The notes below the pieces were generated by a model that was not told the DNA's origin, ran no database searches, and saw only the letters and a list, made by a program, of their open reading frames with translations. DNA of 63,380 nucleotides, counting the filler, from Octopus bimaculoides (lineage: Eukaryota), in NCBI RefSeq assembly GCF_001194135.2. It is 4 parts of 4 records of this genome, joined end to end, with 100 filler letters (N's around TTAATTAATTAA, not from the genome) between each part and the next. Parts side by side here need not be neighbours in the genome. Positions count along the whole stretch, not along the records: positions 1 to 31,790 come from NC_068981.1; positions 31,891 to 43,970 come from NC_068988.1; 2 more parts are not named here. One strand, given 5' to 3'. The position numbers and the translations under genes are program-made. Below, piece by piece: positions 26,170-37,984 of the stretch (within the stretch, counting starts at the first letter, position 1; each line of letters begins with the position of its first letter).

Positions 26170-26844
26170 AGATGTTGTTCAAAACGGGGGCACCAGTTTT
26201 CATTTATGTTTTATGTAGTGTTTTTGGTACCGAAAGACTTTCAAACTTCGTATACTTATCTATTTTGTGTTATAGAACAGAAAAAAATGTTTGTATTCGA
26301 ATTTATTTCATGTAAAAAATTGTCTTATTTCGATAATTTCAACCAATCACTGACAAGTATTCAGCTGTTTGCAGTTACTCCTTTGGCAGAGTAAGCGGTG
26401 TAAAGCGTATTTAATCTCCATTACTTCTGACATTTTGCAGAGAGGCAATACACGTGTGTTCATTTTCCCTAACCCTAACCCTTATTGACTTGCTCCTTCC
26501 CTCAAAAACCAGGCCTTGTGCCTATAATAGAAAGGTTTATTAGCTACTGCCAATATGCTTCAGCCATTTTTTGACAAGGAAATAATAATTTTATCACCGC
26601 CAGAATCGTTTGAGAATCGTTTGTTTACGTAGTCAGCACTTAATTTTTACGGCTGAATGGACGTCAGTCATTGGTTGAAATTAGAGAAATACGACAGCTT
26701 TAACATGAAATAACTTGCGATGTACGTTTTTTTGTTAAGACGATTAAGAGAAAAAGATGTTTTATATGACACATTCTACCAGTGTCCCAAGTTTCAAAGT
26801 GTTTCGTTAAGAAAATACTGGTGCCCCCGTTTTGAACAAGATCC
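26170..26844. mobile_element. Complete non-autonomous DNA transposon with long imperfect TIRs and TSD
   Basis: Termini GATGTTGTTCAAAACGGGGGCACCAGT and ACTGGTGCCCCCGTTTTGAACAAGATC (26/27 inverted). Inner IR AATTTCAACCAAT.ACTGAC. Flanked by (C)ATAAACTG on both sides (8-9-bp TSD). Confidence 0.88.
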
Positions 26845-26897
26845 ATAAACTGTTTTAGTGCACTAAAAATGTTTTATCCAGAATATACACTGCTGAA

Positions 26898-27162
26898 GTG
26901 GAGGCGCGTGGCTTAGTGGTTAGGGCGTCAGCACCATGATCGTAAGATTGTGGTTTCGATTCCTGGACTAAGCGATGCGTTGTGTTCTTGAGCAAAACAC
27001 TTCATTTCACGTTGTTTCAGTCCACTCAGCTAGCAAAAATGAGTTACGCTGCGATGGACTGGCGTCCCGTCCAGCTGGGGAACGCATGCGCCATATAAAC
27101 CGGGAAACTGGGCCCATGAGCCTGGCTAGGCTTTAAAAAAGGGCGCATTTATTATTTTTTTT
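26898..27162 (+). mobile_element. SINE (head H2 + tail T2)
   Basis: 14-bp TSD TATACACTGCTGAA (26884-26897 / 27163-27176); A and B boxes present. Confidence 0.92.
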
Positions 27163-27732
27163 TATACACTGCTGAAACTGAGATGTGTCTTGTATGTCCG
27201 TGCGACTCTTGTGTCGTCGAATACGGTAGCTAGAAGCAAAAAGAAAGAAAAATATTACCAAGTTCAAAACACAATTGATAAAATATTGTTTAGGAAGAAT
27301 AGGAAAAATAGGAAAGCAAAAGTGCTCTGCTGAGACAGTCAGTGGCCCATTTGAGAATACCAATGCGGTTTTTAAATATTGCTAGAGAAACGAAACCTCT
27401 AATTATAACCGATTAAACTTTTATAAATCCAATAACGAAATGCAGTCTTATCTTTATAACGATTTTCTTTGGACCTGAAAGGTATGTAATAAACCGCTTG
27501 GTTGGATCAAAGTATGGTAGAGCTAGAATAGAAGAAAGACGCATCGTTTTTTGTTTTCTGTTATTTATGTTTTTCTTTGCAATACTGCCATCATGATGGC
27601 CAAAGGGTTGGTAAAAAAATCAATTAAATCCAATCACAAATTGAACCATACATTTTAGGTGTGAATGCGTATATCTCTTCTTTTCCTTCTGTCTGCTCTT
27701 CTCTCTCTCTCTCTCCATCTCTCTCTCTCTCA

Positions 27733-27810
<78 letters not shown>

Positions 27811-28349
27811 TTATCGATCGATCTATCTGTCTGTCTACCTGCCTGCCTGTCTGTCTGTCTGTCTGCCTGTCACTCAATTCAGTATGTATCAATGGTTTGT
27901 ATGTATTTCATTTTTCAATTTTATTTCAAGATTTCTTGCCTATAGTGAAAGAGCCGGTTTCTAACCTAGATCCAAGACTCCTTTATTGAAATTTCAACAT
28001 CAACAGGTTTGCATGTTTTGTTTGTGTATGTATTTGTATGTTTTGCTTGTTAATAACATTCTCATATATACCAAGATGATAACATTCTGGAAAGTTTTAC
28101 AGATTTTTACAGTTCCACTAATGGCTTGGATCTGTAGTCTTCGAATCAGCTTTCGCCTTTCTCCTGTGTATGTACGTTTTTATGAATGTATGTATGTATA
28201 TATGACTGTATGTATGTATGTATGAATGTATGTATGTATTATGTATGTATGTATGTATGTATGTATGTATGTATGGGTTCGATAAGTCTTCATAGCTCGA
28301 ATCAGTTCGAGTTCGAACTATTACCCTTCTAAGCATGATAAGTACATCG

Positions 28350-28463
28350 CGTTTCGCTTGTACGTTTCACTTGTACGTTTCACTTGTACGTTTCACTTGT
28401 ACGTTTCACTTGTACGTTTCACTTGTACGTTTCACTTGTACGTTTCACTTGTACGTTTCACTT
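28350..28463. repeat. 13-bp minisatellite (CTTGTACGTTTCA) x8
   Basis: Eight perfect units, 28357-28460. Confidence 0.97.
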
Positions 28464-28829
28464 TGGCTGGATGCTCTCCGTAGCAGAAAACATTTTACTG
28501 GTTGTCTTGGGAATATTTCATCGTGGCCCCAGTAGCGTATACATTGTCATATACTCGAGATGTCAAGACAAAAAGATGCTACTGTACCTACGATGTCTTT
28601 TCTCATTCGTCAACTATATCACACAATCTTTAAGATGCACTAAAAGGCTATCTCGTCGAAAATACAAAACTAAAGGTTCTCTTCGAAACCTACGATGTCT
28701 CTGCTCAATTGCCAATCTCGTTACAGAGTGCAATGGGTACATTTGATCATGGTCCAAGTACTAATGACGTTGCTTGAACCCAGTAGAGCAGAAGAGATAC
28801 TCATTCTTTCTCCTTGTCCCTGTTCGTTC

Positions 28830-29260
28830 AGTGTAAGACGACTAAAGGAGCAGGCAGTTCGGAAGATAACCGTAAGTGAAAGGAAACAGGATACGAGGGT
28901 GAAACTGATTGACTGGAATAATAGTGTGGAAGAGTAATGATGAGAGGAGTAAAGGCAGCCTGTAGAGATACTAATGACAGTGCATATTTGTAGATAATAG
29001 AGAAGATAAATGATGGATAGTCGTAGAAACAGATAGTGGTGAGAGAGTGTGACTGATGTCAACAACGAGTGACCTTTAGGAGAAGGAGTGGCATCTAGCA
29101 ATAAGGAGGTTATAGTAGTGTTAACTAGTAAGAGAGATCATTAGTAATGGATAGCCGGGATAGCGAAGGAAAACGAATGATAAATGTTAATAAGAGAGTG
29201 ACCTGAAAAAGAGGGAATGATAGAGAACAGGAAGGAGGGAGTAGGGATAACTGGAGAGGC
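28830..29260 (-). mobile_element. Decayed CR1/L2-like LINE 3' end
   Basis: LSHH...LSIIYLLYY resembles LSHRR.VASLSIFYRYY; C/T-rich coding strand; frameshifted. Confidence 0.5.
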
Positions 29261-29609
29261 TTATCAGATATTAATAGGTCCTGTGCAGTCACTCGTTTCT
29301 CATGTATTTTAATAGGAAGGACACACGGGTGGCAGATGATATTTGCAGATAAAAGGGAGAGGGTTAGGGTTAGGGTAATCTTAGAACTAGTCGGTTATGG
29401 GGATATGATGACCAATATGGTGCAGTGAATAGGAGGGAGAAATAGAAAGATGAGGGTTTCGAAAAACACAAGAGTGGCAGCAAGTAGAGATTTAGCATGA
29501 CCAAAATGGACAAACCGCCCGGTTGCTTATGTTTATATATATTATACATTAATGCATTTTATGTATTATGTGTACTTTAATATACATTTCGCTATGCTAG
29601 CATCAGCCC

Positions 29610-31230
29610 TTGTCATATCCTCTATTCTTGAGAACAGTCTTTACTACTGCATCCCTAGTTTTCCTTGGTCTCCCCCTTCCACAGTTTTCATTCATTTTGA
29701 GTGTTTGACATTTTCTTATCTGTATTAGCCTTTATATACATCAAATGCAGTCTTCCCTTTTTCGCACTACTTCTAATTCTTTTTATATCCAGTTTTTCTC
29801 TCAGCTTATTTTAGTGGTTCTCAACCGGGGTCCATATGGCCCCTGAGGAACCATATAAGATTTTTGAGATTTTTGAAAGACTTTTTACTATAGATGTATG
29901 TATTGGAATATTTATTGCAAGAAACAACTGGGTTTCTTTCTCTAACATTTTATATAGTCCAACCTACACAAGTTAACGTGTGAATAACTTAATAGGAATT
30001 TGAAAGAAATTTCTATAAAACTAGATTTGAAACATCGAATAACTGGGGTCCGCCAGGTTAAAATAGTAATCAAAAGGGGTCCATAGACTGAAAATGGTTG
30101 AGAACCCCTAGCTTATTTGTATTACGTCAATCTTGTGAAGTATGACGACTTCATGTCTTTCCAGGCTTCTCAAAATCTTTGTTTTCAAGCTCCAGTTTCA
30201 TTATTACGCAGCGTATTAACTTGCATACAAAAATGCTATCATCTGATTTTCATTCTGAGGGAAAAACTGAAAGATTATTTCCTAAAGGTTTTCCAACCTT
30301 TGTTTACGCTAATAATCCTGCATTGAGGACACTCACCCACAACAACTAATCAGGTAATGCTACATAAAAGAAACTATCTTATATGACTAAGGAATCGTCT
30401 TGGCATTTGAGACAATCTATTTCCTGCGTGACCTTAGTTTTCTTTGTGTCAGTGCACCTGCTGCATGTGAAATCAGACCTCTCTGCTGGAGCTCCAATTA
30501 TCTTTCAACACCTCCTATGCGTTCATTGTTTATATACTGGGAACACTCAATTGACTTTTGCATCAACCACTTTTCTGTATATCGACCAACGCCAGTTCTC
30601 TGGTAATAATAGAGTCCAGTCTTCTTTACTGCTTACCGTAAGCTTTAGTTTTTGCTAAGATTACTTTAATGATCTTCAATTCCAGATTTTACTTCAATGT
30701 CTGGAATTTCTTCTAATATTCTACAGTTTCAGCCTCCAGGACAGGATCATCAGCATAGAGAAGTTCCCAGGAATAGCTTGTCTTAAAGTCCTTCGTTATG
30801 GTTTGTAGAATAATCGGGGACTAAATACTGAGCTTTGATGAACAAATTTACCTGCACGCTAAATTTACCTGCACCCACCTTGCTAACTGCACTTCTATGC
30901 ATCGCTTGTACGACTCCCATATGACATTCGTCTAACCTTAGCTTCCTTAGCAACCACCAGCTCTTAAGACGAGGAAAGCCGTTCAAAACCCTTTTCGGGT
31001 CTAAGAATGATATATAAGGATACATCTCTTGCAATTGCCCCACCAGGAATACGACATCAGTAGTAACACTTCCTGGCACGAAGTCGAACCACATCTCATC
31101 TAGGTCAATCCTAGAGTTTTGCAAAAACTCTTTTCGGAACTTTGATAACCCGGTCCAACTTGCTCCCTGTTATCTGTAGCCCAACTTCTCCTTTGTTTTT
31201 GTAACATTTATGCTGATGGTGTTATTCCAT
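29610..31230 (-). mobile_element. RTE (BovB-like) LINE RT remnant
   Basis: FDFVPGSVTTDVVFLVGQLQE..FLDPKR...WWLLRKLRLDE...VQAM; catalytic YADD near 30750; 3' end continues below the MITE. Confidence 0.88.
29812..30110. mobile_element. hAT (Charlie-like) MITE nested in the RTE
   Basis: TIR TAGTGGTTCTCAACC / GGTTGAGAACCCCTA; perfect 8-bp TSD GCTTATTT (29804-29811 / 30111-30118). Confidence 0.95.
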
Positions 31231-31754
31231 ATATTGGCTATGAAACATATTTGTGTTTGTCTGTCCGTGAGTATCTCTGTCAGTCTGCCTGTTTGTCTGT
31301 CGGTTTGTCAGTCCGTCTCGGCCGGAAATAAATAAGACAAATTTGAATTTATTCAGAATAGTCACTCTCGACAACAAAGACATAAGCCAAATTGTACATA
31401 TTTCTGCATCGAATAACAACTACGGATGGTGCCAAGAAATACATCCTTAGCTGTTATTAATATAATTGTTTTTCAAAATATCCCAGTAATGCATCATAAA
31501 TAGGAATTTGCTAGAGAACTTTATAAACTAGATTTAAAGAAATTGATGAGAAAGTGCTCAACGTAAACATATTAGAATAAAATATACACTTCACTGCTTT
31601 TTTATTCATATCAATTATATCGCCCTAAGCTTTGGTTTAGGAGCACTTTAGTGGATTCCTGCTTCAGAATTCCTGATGTATTTTGTGTATGTATGTATGT
31701 GAGTGTGTGCATGTATATGCTTATATTCATATGTATATATATATGTATGTGTGC

Positions 31755-31790
<36 letters not shown>

Positions 31791-31890
31791 NNNNNNNNNN
31801 NNNNNNNNNNNNNNNNNNNNNNNNNNNNNNNNNNTTAATTAATTAANNNNNNNNNNNNNNNNNNNNNNNNNNNNNNNNNNNNNNNNNNNN

Positions 31891-32218
31891 GCCTATAATA
31901 GAAAGGTTTATTAGCTACTGCCAATATGCTTCAGCCATTTTTTGACAAGGAAATAATAATTTTATCACCGCCAGAATCGTTTGACAATCGTTTGTTTACG
32001 TAGTCAGCACTTACTGTTATTCGGCTGAATGGACGTCAGTCATTGGTTGAAATTACAGAAATACGACAACTTTAACATGAAATAACTTGCGATGTACGTT
32101 TTTTTGTTAAGAAGACTAAGAGAAAAAGATGTTTTATATGACACATTCTACCAGTGTCCCAAGTTTCAAAGGGTTTCGTTAAGAAAATACTGGTGCCCCC
32201 GTTTTGAACAAGATCCCA
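31891..32218. mobile_element. Right half of another copy of the 26170-26844 element
   Basis: Nearly identical to 26518-26844, and similarity stops exactly at the ...GAACAAGATCC terminus. Confidence 0.88.
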
Positions 32219-32622
32219 ACTTAGATCCTATTAAGTATAGGAAATTCCGAGCTTATATAACTATACACGCACACACACACACTCACTCACTCACATATAC
32301 ATACAATTCTAAAAGGTTCTCTCTGAATTTTCACATTTAAAAACTAAAACAGGGCCATTGGTATCTACCAACTTCACTCATATCTACTTAACTGCAAATA
32401 TGAGTTTGCAGGCGTATTGATCAACTGCGTCGGTGGTCAATCGTTAGCTTTACCAAGGATGACCAAATATGGTAACATTGACGAAGCGTGAGTTTTAATT
32501 CAAGACAAAGATAGTGTGAGATAGAATACGGAAAGCGATCTTCTACAAGACGATATGTCCTAACAGGTGGACAGCATGCTGAAAGTTGATCCATTCACAC
32601 GGACCATTCTTGCTTCACTTAC

Positions 32623-32733
32623 CTGTCTTTCAATAAATTCATTGGAAGACTGTACCTCCTAACTAACCTTCATTTTCCTTTCCATGAAGAAACTAAAGTC
32701 GTTCATGGAAGTAATGAAATTAAATACTCTTTC
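32623..32733 (-). CDS. DOMON C-terminal exon with in-frame TAG (32659-32661)
   Basis: Acceptor ATTTAAG. Reads ERVFNFITSMNDFSFFMERKMKVS*EVQSSNEFIERQ, then CAG|GTAAGT. DFSFF.ER..K aligns loosely to the DOMON DxxYH..RG.K strand. In phase with the upstream exon. Confidence 0.55.
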
Positions 32734-32913
32734 CTTAAATACCATATTTTATAAAACAAAAAATTAACTAAGATATTGCATTTTCAAGCCGACCGAGGCG
32801 TGTAAAAATAATGGCTACACGATGATCCATTCTGCCGAACAAATTTAGTTTTAAAGATATTTTGCTAATGAAATAGATTTGAATTAAGGTGTAAAAGTGG
32901 AATGTAAACATAC

Positions 32914-33060
32914 CGTAATATTCATGTCATGTATATCATTTGTTTCGAATTTCCTTGAAAATACAAGTGTTGTAAAACCTTCGTGTTCATCAAATTCTTT
33001 CAACTTCCAATTCCTAATTTTGTCTTTCTTCGGCTTCCCATTTCTAATGCCATGGTAATC
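32914..33060 (-). CDS. DOMON-domain exon, DBH-like monooxygenase (MOXD1) family type
   Basis: 147 nt, phase 0/0, acceptor TTCTTTCTTCATTTATAG, donor ACG|GTATGT. DYHGIRNGKPKKDKIRNWKLKEFDEHEGFTTLVFSRKFETNDIHDMNIT fits DY......KD....W.L....E....T.L.F.R...T.D..D..IT. Confidence 0.88.
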
Positions 33061-33203
33061 CTATAAATGAAGAAAGAATTATTGGTTTGATTAGTTAATA
33101 AATTAACGTCAACAAATCCATTGCAGTGAACAGCAAAAATCTAAATAGAAATAATTGTACGGTAAGGAAAATACGTAATTAGCTTAATTACTAATATTTT
33201 AAG

Positions 33204-33293
33204 TATTTCGGCAACAACAAAACAACTCCGTGTATGTTTCTCCATGGACTTATCCATGGACTTTTACAAGTCAAAGTAGTGCAGCAAGAATCA
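33204..33293 (+). other. Exon-like 90-nt segment antisense to the DOMON intron
   Basis: TACTAAT branch-like site, TTTTAAG acceptor, TCA|GTAAGT donor; two frames open; no recognisable product. Confidence 0.25.
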
Positions 33294-33880
33294 GTAAGTA
33301 GTAGAATTAGTATGAAAACTTAATATTAAATCAAAGGCGGGTTATAACTCAGGGACGCTATCCTTATAAAAAAAATAACTAAGTACACTTAGTTAACTGT
33401 TGTCTAGCCCCTGGTCCGCCCTAACTGAGAAAACATATGATAATAAATGTTCCAGGTATAAGTATTTCGCTTTTGTTTTTTGTTTTGTTTTGTTACTTTT
33501 ATATATCTAAAACTGCATTGTCTAATGTGTCATTCCTTCTTTAAAGACGGTGTAATGTGGTCTGAGAGAAATTAGTTGTTATTTTTTATGAGTCAAGCAA
33601 CCGTGTAGAAGTTTTCTCTCTCTCTCTCTCATTCAGTTAGTTAGTAAGATAATTAGGTGGCTTATTAGGAGTTAATGTCGTTTAGACTCAGGTAACCCGT
33701 TAGAAAATGAACCTATCTTCAAAGTTCTACCAAACGTAGCCATTCAATCTTATACAAGCAAAAAAACATTTATCCAATATCTTTTACCTTTCTTAAGACA
33801 ATATAGTGGGACTTGAGGGGGATTTGGTTGTTATTTCTATTACTTCAAGGTTCATTTATTGGTTCCCTATGTTGGCTTCT

Positions 33881-34279
33881 GTGGAGGCGCAATGGCCCAG
33901 TGGTTAGGGCAGCGGACTCGCGGTCATAGGATCGCGGTTTCGATTCCCAGACCGGGCGTTGTGAGTGTTTATTGAGCGAAAATACCTAAAGCTCCACGAG
34001 GCTCCGGCAGGGGATGGTGGCGAACCCTGCTGTACTCTTCCACCACAACTTTCTCTCACTCTTACTTCCTGTTTCTGTTGTGCCTGTAATTCAATGGGTC
34101 AGCCTTGTCACACTGTGTCACGCTGAATATCCCCGAGAACTACGTTATGGGTACACGTGTCTGTGGAGTGCTCAACCACTTGCACGTTAATTTCACGAGC
34201 AGGCTGTTCCGTTGATCGGATCAATTGGAACCCTCGACATCGTAAGCGACGGAGTGCCAACAACAACAACAACCACAAC
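33881..34279 (+). mobile_element. SINE family C (H1+T1)
   Basis: Near-identical to 9054-9440; 12-bp TSD ATGTTGGCTTCT (33869-33880 / 34280-34291). Confidence 0.93.
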
Positions 34280-34664
34280 ATGTTGGCTTCTAATTAGTAA
34301 GTTCTATAAACCAAATAATTATTGGAATAACATTAAAGCTTCTATTCTCAAAAATATCATATATGGTATGTCAACCTAATTATGCTAATCTTTCTCCATG
34401 CTATACACATGACAAAAAAAATCTTCCTTGGCCATTACTCTGTGAATCCCATAACCTGGGAGACAAAATTAATTAATAGTTTACCAGAAACGATGAACTT
34501 ATAGAAATTAATATTACTTCGTAGTTATTTTCTACAAAGCGTTAAATAATTGTCTAAGATGTATTGCCTCGTTGTAATTTTTCTAGAGCATATCTTACCA
34601 TTCTCTACAAAATTTTTATTTATGCCAAGCCATATAATGAGTACGAATTTTCGAGAAAATATGT

Positions 34665-34820
34665 GTGGTCAATCTGCTTGTTAAGAAGTTTGCTTCCCAA
34701 CCAAATGGTTTCGGGTTCAGTTCACTGAGTGGCACCTTGGGCAAGTGTGCTCTATTATAGTCTAGGGCACACCAAAGCCTTGTGAGAGGATCTGGTTGAC
34801 GAAAACTGAAAGAAGCTGTG
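34665..34820 (+). mobile_element. SINE family B head
   Basis: GGTTTCGGGTTCAGT...GGCACCTTGGGCAAGTG...GAAAACTGAAAGAAGC. Confidence 0.8.
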
Positions 34821-35146
34821 TGTATATTGATACATATATATGTGTGTGTAAGTGTGTATGTGTACACGCGCACGTTTCTGTGTGTGTATGTATGTATGAG
34901 CATATATGTATGTAGGTTTGTGTATGTATGTATGTATGTATTTATGTATTTATGTATTTATGTATGTATGTATGTATGTATATGTACAAACGAGAGTAGA
35001 TTTACAAAATGGAAAAACCGTTTTTCTAAATATATTTACTACATCTCCGTGTGGGTTTACACATAGTGAGAGATACGTGGTTTTGGAGAATTCTATTCTT
35101 CTTTCAAGCAAACAGATACATATTGTACCCCAACTTTTAATATATG

Positions 35147-35179
<33 letters not shown>

Positions 35180-36310
35180 GTATATATATATATANNNNNN
35201 NNNNNNNNNNNNNNNNNNNNNNNNNNNNNNNNNNNNNNNNNNNNNNNNNNNNNNNNNNNNNNNNNNNNNNNNNNNNNNNNNNNNNNNNNNNNNNNNNNNN
35301 NNNNNNNNNNNNNNNNNNNNNNNNNNNNNNNNNNNNNNNNNNNNNNNNNNNNNNNNNNNNNNNNNNNNNNNNNNNNNNNNNNNNNNNNNNNNNNNNNNNN
35401 NNNNNNNNNNNNNNNNNNNNNNNNNNNNAATTTAATTTTTTTATTTTTGTTTTGTTTGCCAAATAAATACACGCACTATATATTCGTTCTTCCCTTCAGC
35501 TGTTTTATTATTCGTATTTTAGTATCTTTTGTCTAAAATCTTTCGTCACACGCCTTGTGACCCCTTCAGTAATTCAACATCCCACGTGTCTCTCCTGTTC
35601 GGTTTAGTCCATTAGAATGTTCACAGGAAATGTGACGAAAGATTTCAAATAAATGATGCAAAAATAAGAATAATAACAATAAAGCGGGTGAGGGATGATT
35701 GCATAGTGCATCCTTTTATTTGGCAAAGAAAAAAAAGTGACCATCCCGAAATATAACAATATATATATTTTGCTTTATACACGTCTTGTCAGTAATACGC
35801 AAATCAGGTTTCATGTCAAAGGATACGATTACAGTATACGAATGAGATAAAAGGAGTTCTAGATACTGTTTATTTGTCGCGTAGTTTAAAGTTTAAATTT
35901 CACTGTACGAATATATGTACAGTCACTAATGTATTTTCCGGCAATGAAATGGTAGCGTATGATTTAAATGAGCGTTGGTTGCTATTTCTAGCAGGTTGCT
36001 ATAGAGGCTTCTTTAGTTCTTGATTATTCCCAATATAGGTTTTTGATATTAGTAAGTTATGATGAAAAGCTTAGAGGTAGTTAAATTGATTCACAGAATA
36101 TGCATTTTTTTTTTTGAAGGAAGTAAAAAAAATCTGAAAATCGGTTATATTGATGTAGTTTTCCACTCTTAATGCTGTGAATCCCTGATCTTGTGGAGAA
36201 AAAAAAATTGAGGAAAAAATTAGAGTTCTGTATATTTGTGTATTTGTATGTTTGTGTGTGAGTGTCTGTGTATGTCTATGTGTGTCTGTGTGTGTATGTG
36301 TGTGTGTATG

Positions 36311-36409
<99 letters not shown>

Positions 36410-36803
36410 GAGAGAGAGAGAGTGAGAGAGAGAGTGAGAGAGAGAGCGTGAGAGAGAGAGAGTGAGAGAGAGAGAGAGAGAGAGTGTGTGTGTGTGTGTG
36501 TATAATAAATTACAGTTACACAATGAGACCAAAAAAATATTATCTATGTGGTCGCTTGACTTAAAACTAGTTGCCAAATCTCTCTTAAATCAAAAGAAAA
36601 CAGATTTGGAGACACGTTTAGGTTGTTCATGACTAGAACCTAGTTGCTAAACAGGGCGTGTATCAATTAAACAATCCTCTAAAATTTGCTGTCATATCTA
36701 AAAATCAGGACGTGATCTTTTTTCAGACCTGATATATGGTGTGATCATAACTAAACAAAACCGGCTATACAAAACAAGGTAATATATAACATATAAGGTA
36801 TAA

Positions 36804-36829
36804 TCTATATCTATAAAAATGAGAACGTG

Positions 36830-36864
<35 letters not shown>

Positions 36865-37110
36865 TTGTCTGTCTGTGTGTGTGAATCCCTAAAACTCGAG
36901 AACTACGCAACCAATTTCATTCAAATTTTACACATGCCTTACTTAGGGTTCCAGTTGTGTTTTAGTCAAAAAAATTTTAACTTTTTGCAGAGTTCGAGTC
37001 CACGGCAACATAATATCTCCTCCACTATTTAAGTATTACGTGTCAAAAGTGAAACAAAAACACTCATGTCAAATACTTTCACTTTAAAAATGAAACTATT
37101 CCACTAACTG
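36804..37110 (+). mobile_element. Non-autonomous Helitron 5' end
   Basis: A|TCTATATCTATAAAAATG start followed by (GTCT)n and CCAATTTCATTCAAATTT, typical of animal Helitron 5' ends. Confidence 0.6.
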
Positions 37111-37512
37111 AAAGAATCANNNNNNNNNNNNNNNNNNNNNNNNNNNNNNNNNNNNNNNNNNNNNNNNNNNNNNNNNNNNNNNNNNNNNNNNNNNNNNNNN
37201 NNNNNNNNNNNNNNNNNNNNNNNNNNNNNNNNNNNNNNNNNNNNNNNNNNNNNNNNNNNNNNNNNNNNNNNNNNNNNNNNNNNNNNNNNNNNNNNNNNNN
37301 NNNNNNNNNNNNNNNNNNNNNNNNNNNNNNNNNNNNNNNNNNNNNNNNNNNNNNNNNNNNNNNNNNNNNNNNNNNNNNNNNNNNNNNNNNNNNNNNNNNN
37401 NNNNNNNNGTGAGGGATGATTGCATAGTGCATCCTTTTATTTGGCAAAGAAAAAAAAGTTATTCCACTAACGGAAACAATCACATTTCGATACTGTAATG
37501 ACAGATACTTTC

Positions 37513-37571
<59 letters not shown>

Positions 37572-37984
37572 CATGTATATGTATACGTATAGATGTATAT
37601 GTACACGTATATGTATAGATGTATATATAGATATAGATCTATATGCATACATGTATATGTATACATATGTGTAGATGTATATATATAGATGTACATGTAA
37701 TATGTACACATATATACATATATATACATGCATACAGATATCTATACATATATACACCCATCACACACATACACATGCACACAAACACACACATGAGTCA
37801 TTTGTTTTCTTATCCAAAACGACGTCAGAAGTACTGAATGGATTTTTATGAAATTTGGAAATTATATTCTATGCATAACGGCCATAACTCCCATGAAAAT
37901 TCATATCACGGAAAAATATGACATTGTTTCAGGCATATCCAGCTGTTTTCTTTGAATGTTCCCTAAGCCAAGATGTGTGTTGGG

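Noticed and set aside
28350-28463. CRISPR-like array
   Set aside because: Contiguous 13-bp units without spacers in a eukaryotic context.
31835-31846. TTAATTAATTAA island inside Ns
   Set aside because: Exactly 44 N + 12 nt + 44 N = 100, repeated identically at 44015 and 56049. It has stops in all six frames, so it is a synthetic scaffolding linker.
33170-33330. First DOMON exon with a signal-peptide-like FILILLLTDSCC on the minus strand
   Set aside because: No start codon, no GWxxxG or M..AD motifs, and no phase-0 donor to join the 33060 exon.
35688-37470. About 50-bp repeat at 35688 and 37409
   Set aside because: The second copy begins at a gap edge and is fused to sequence duplicated from before the gap; probable assembly artefact.
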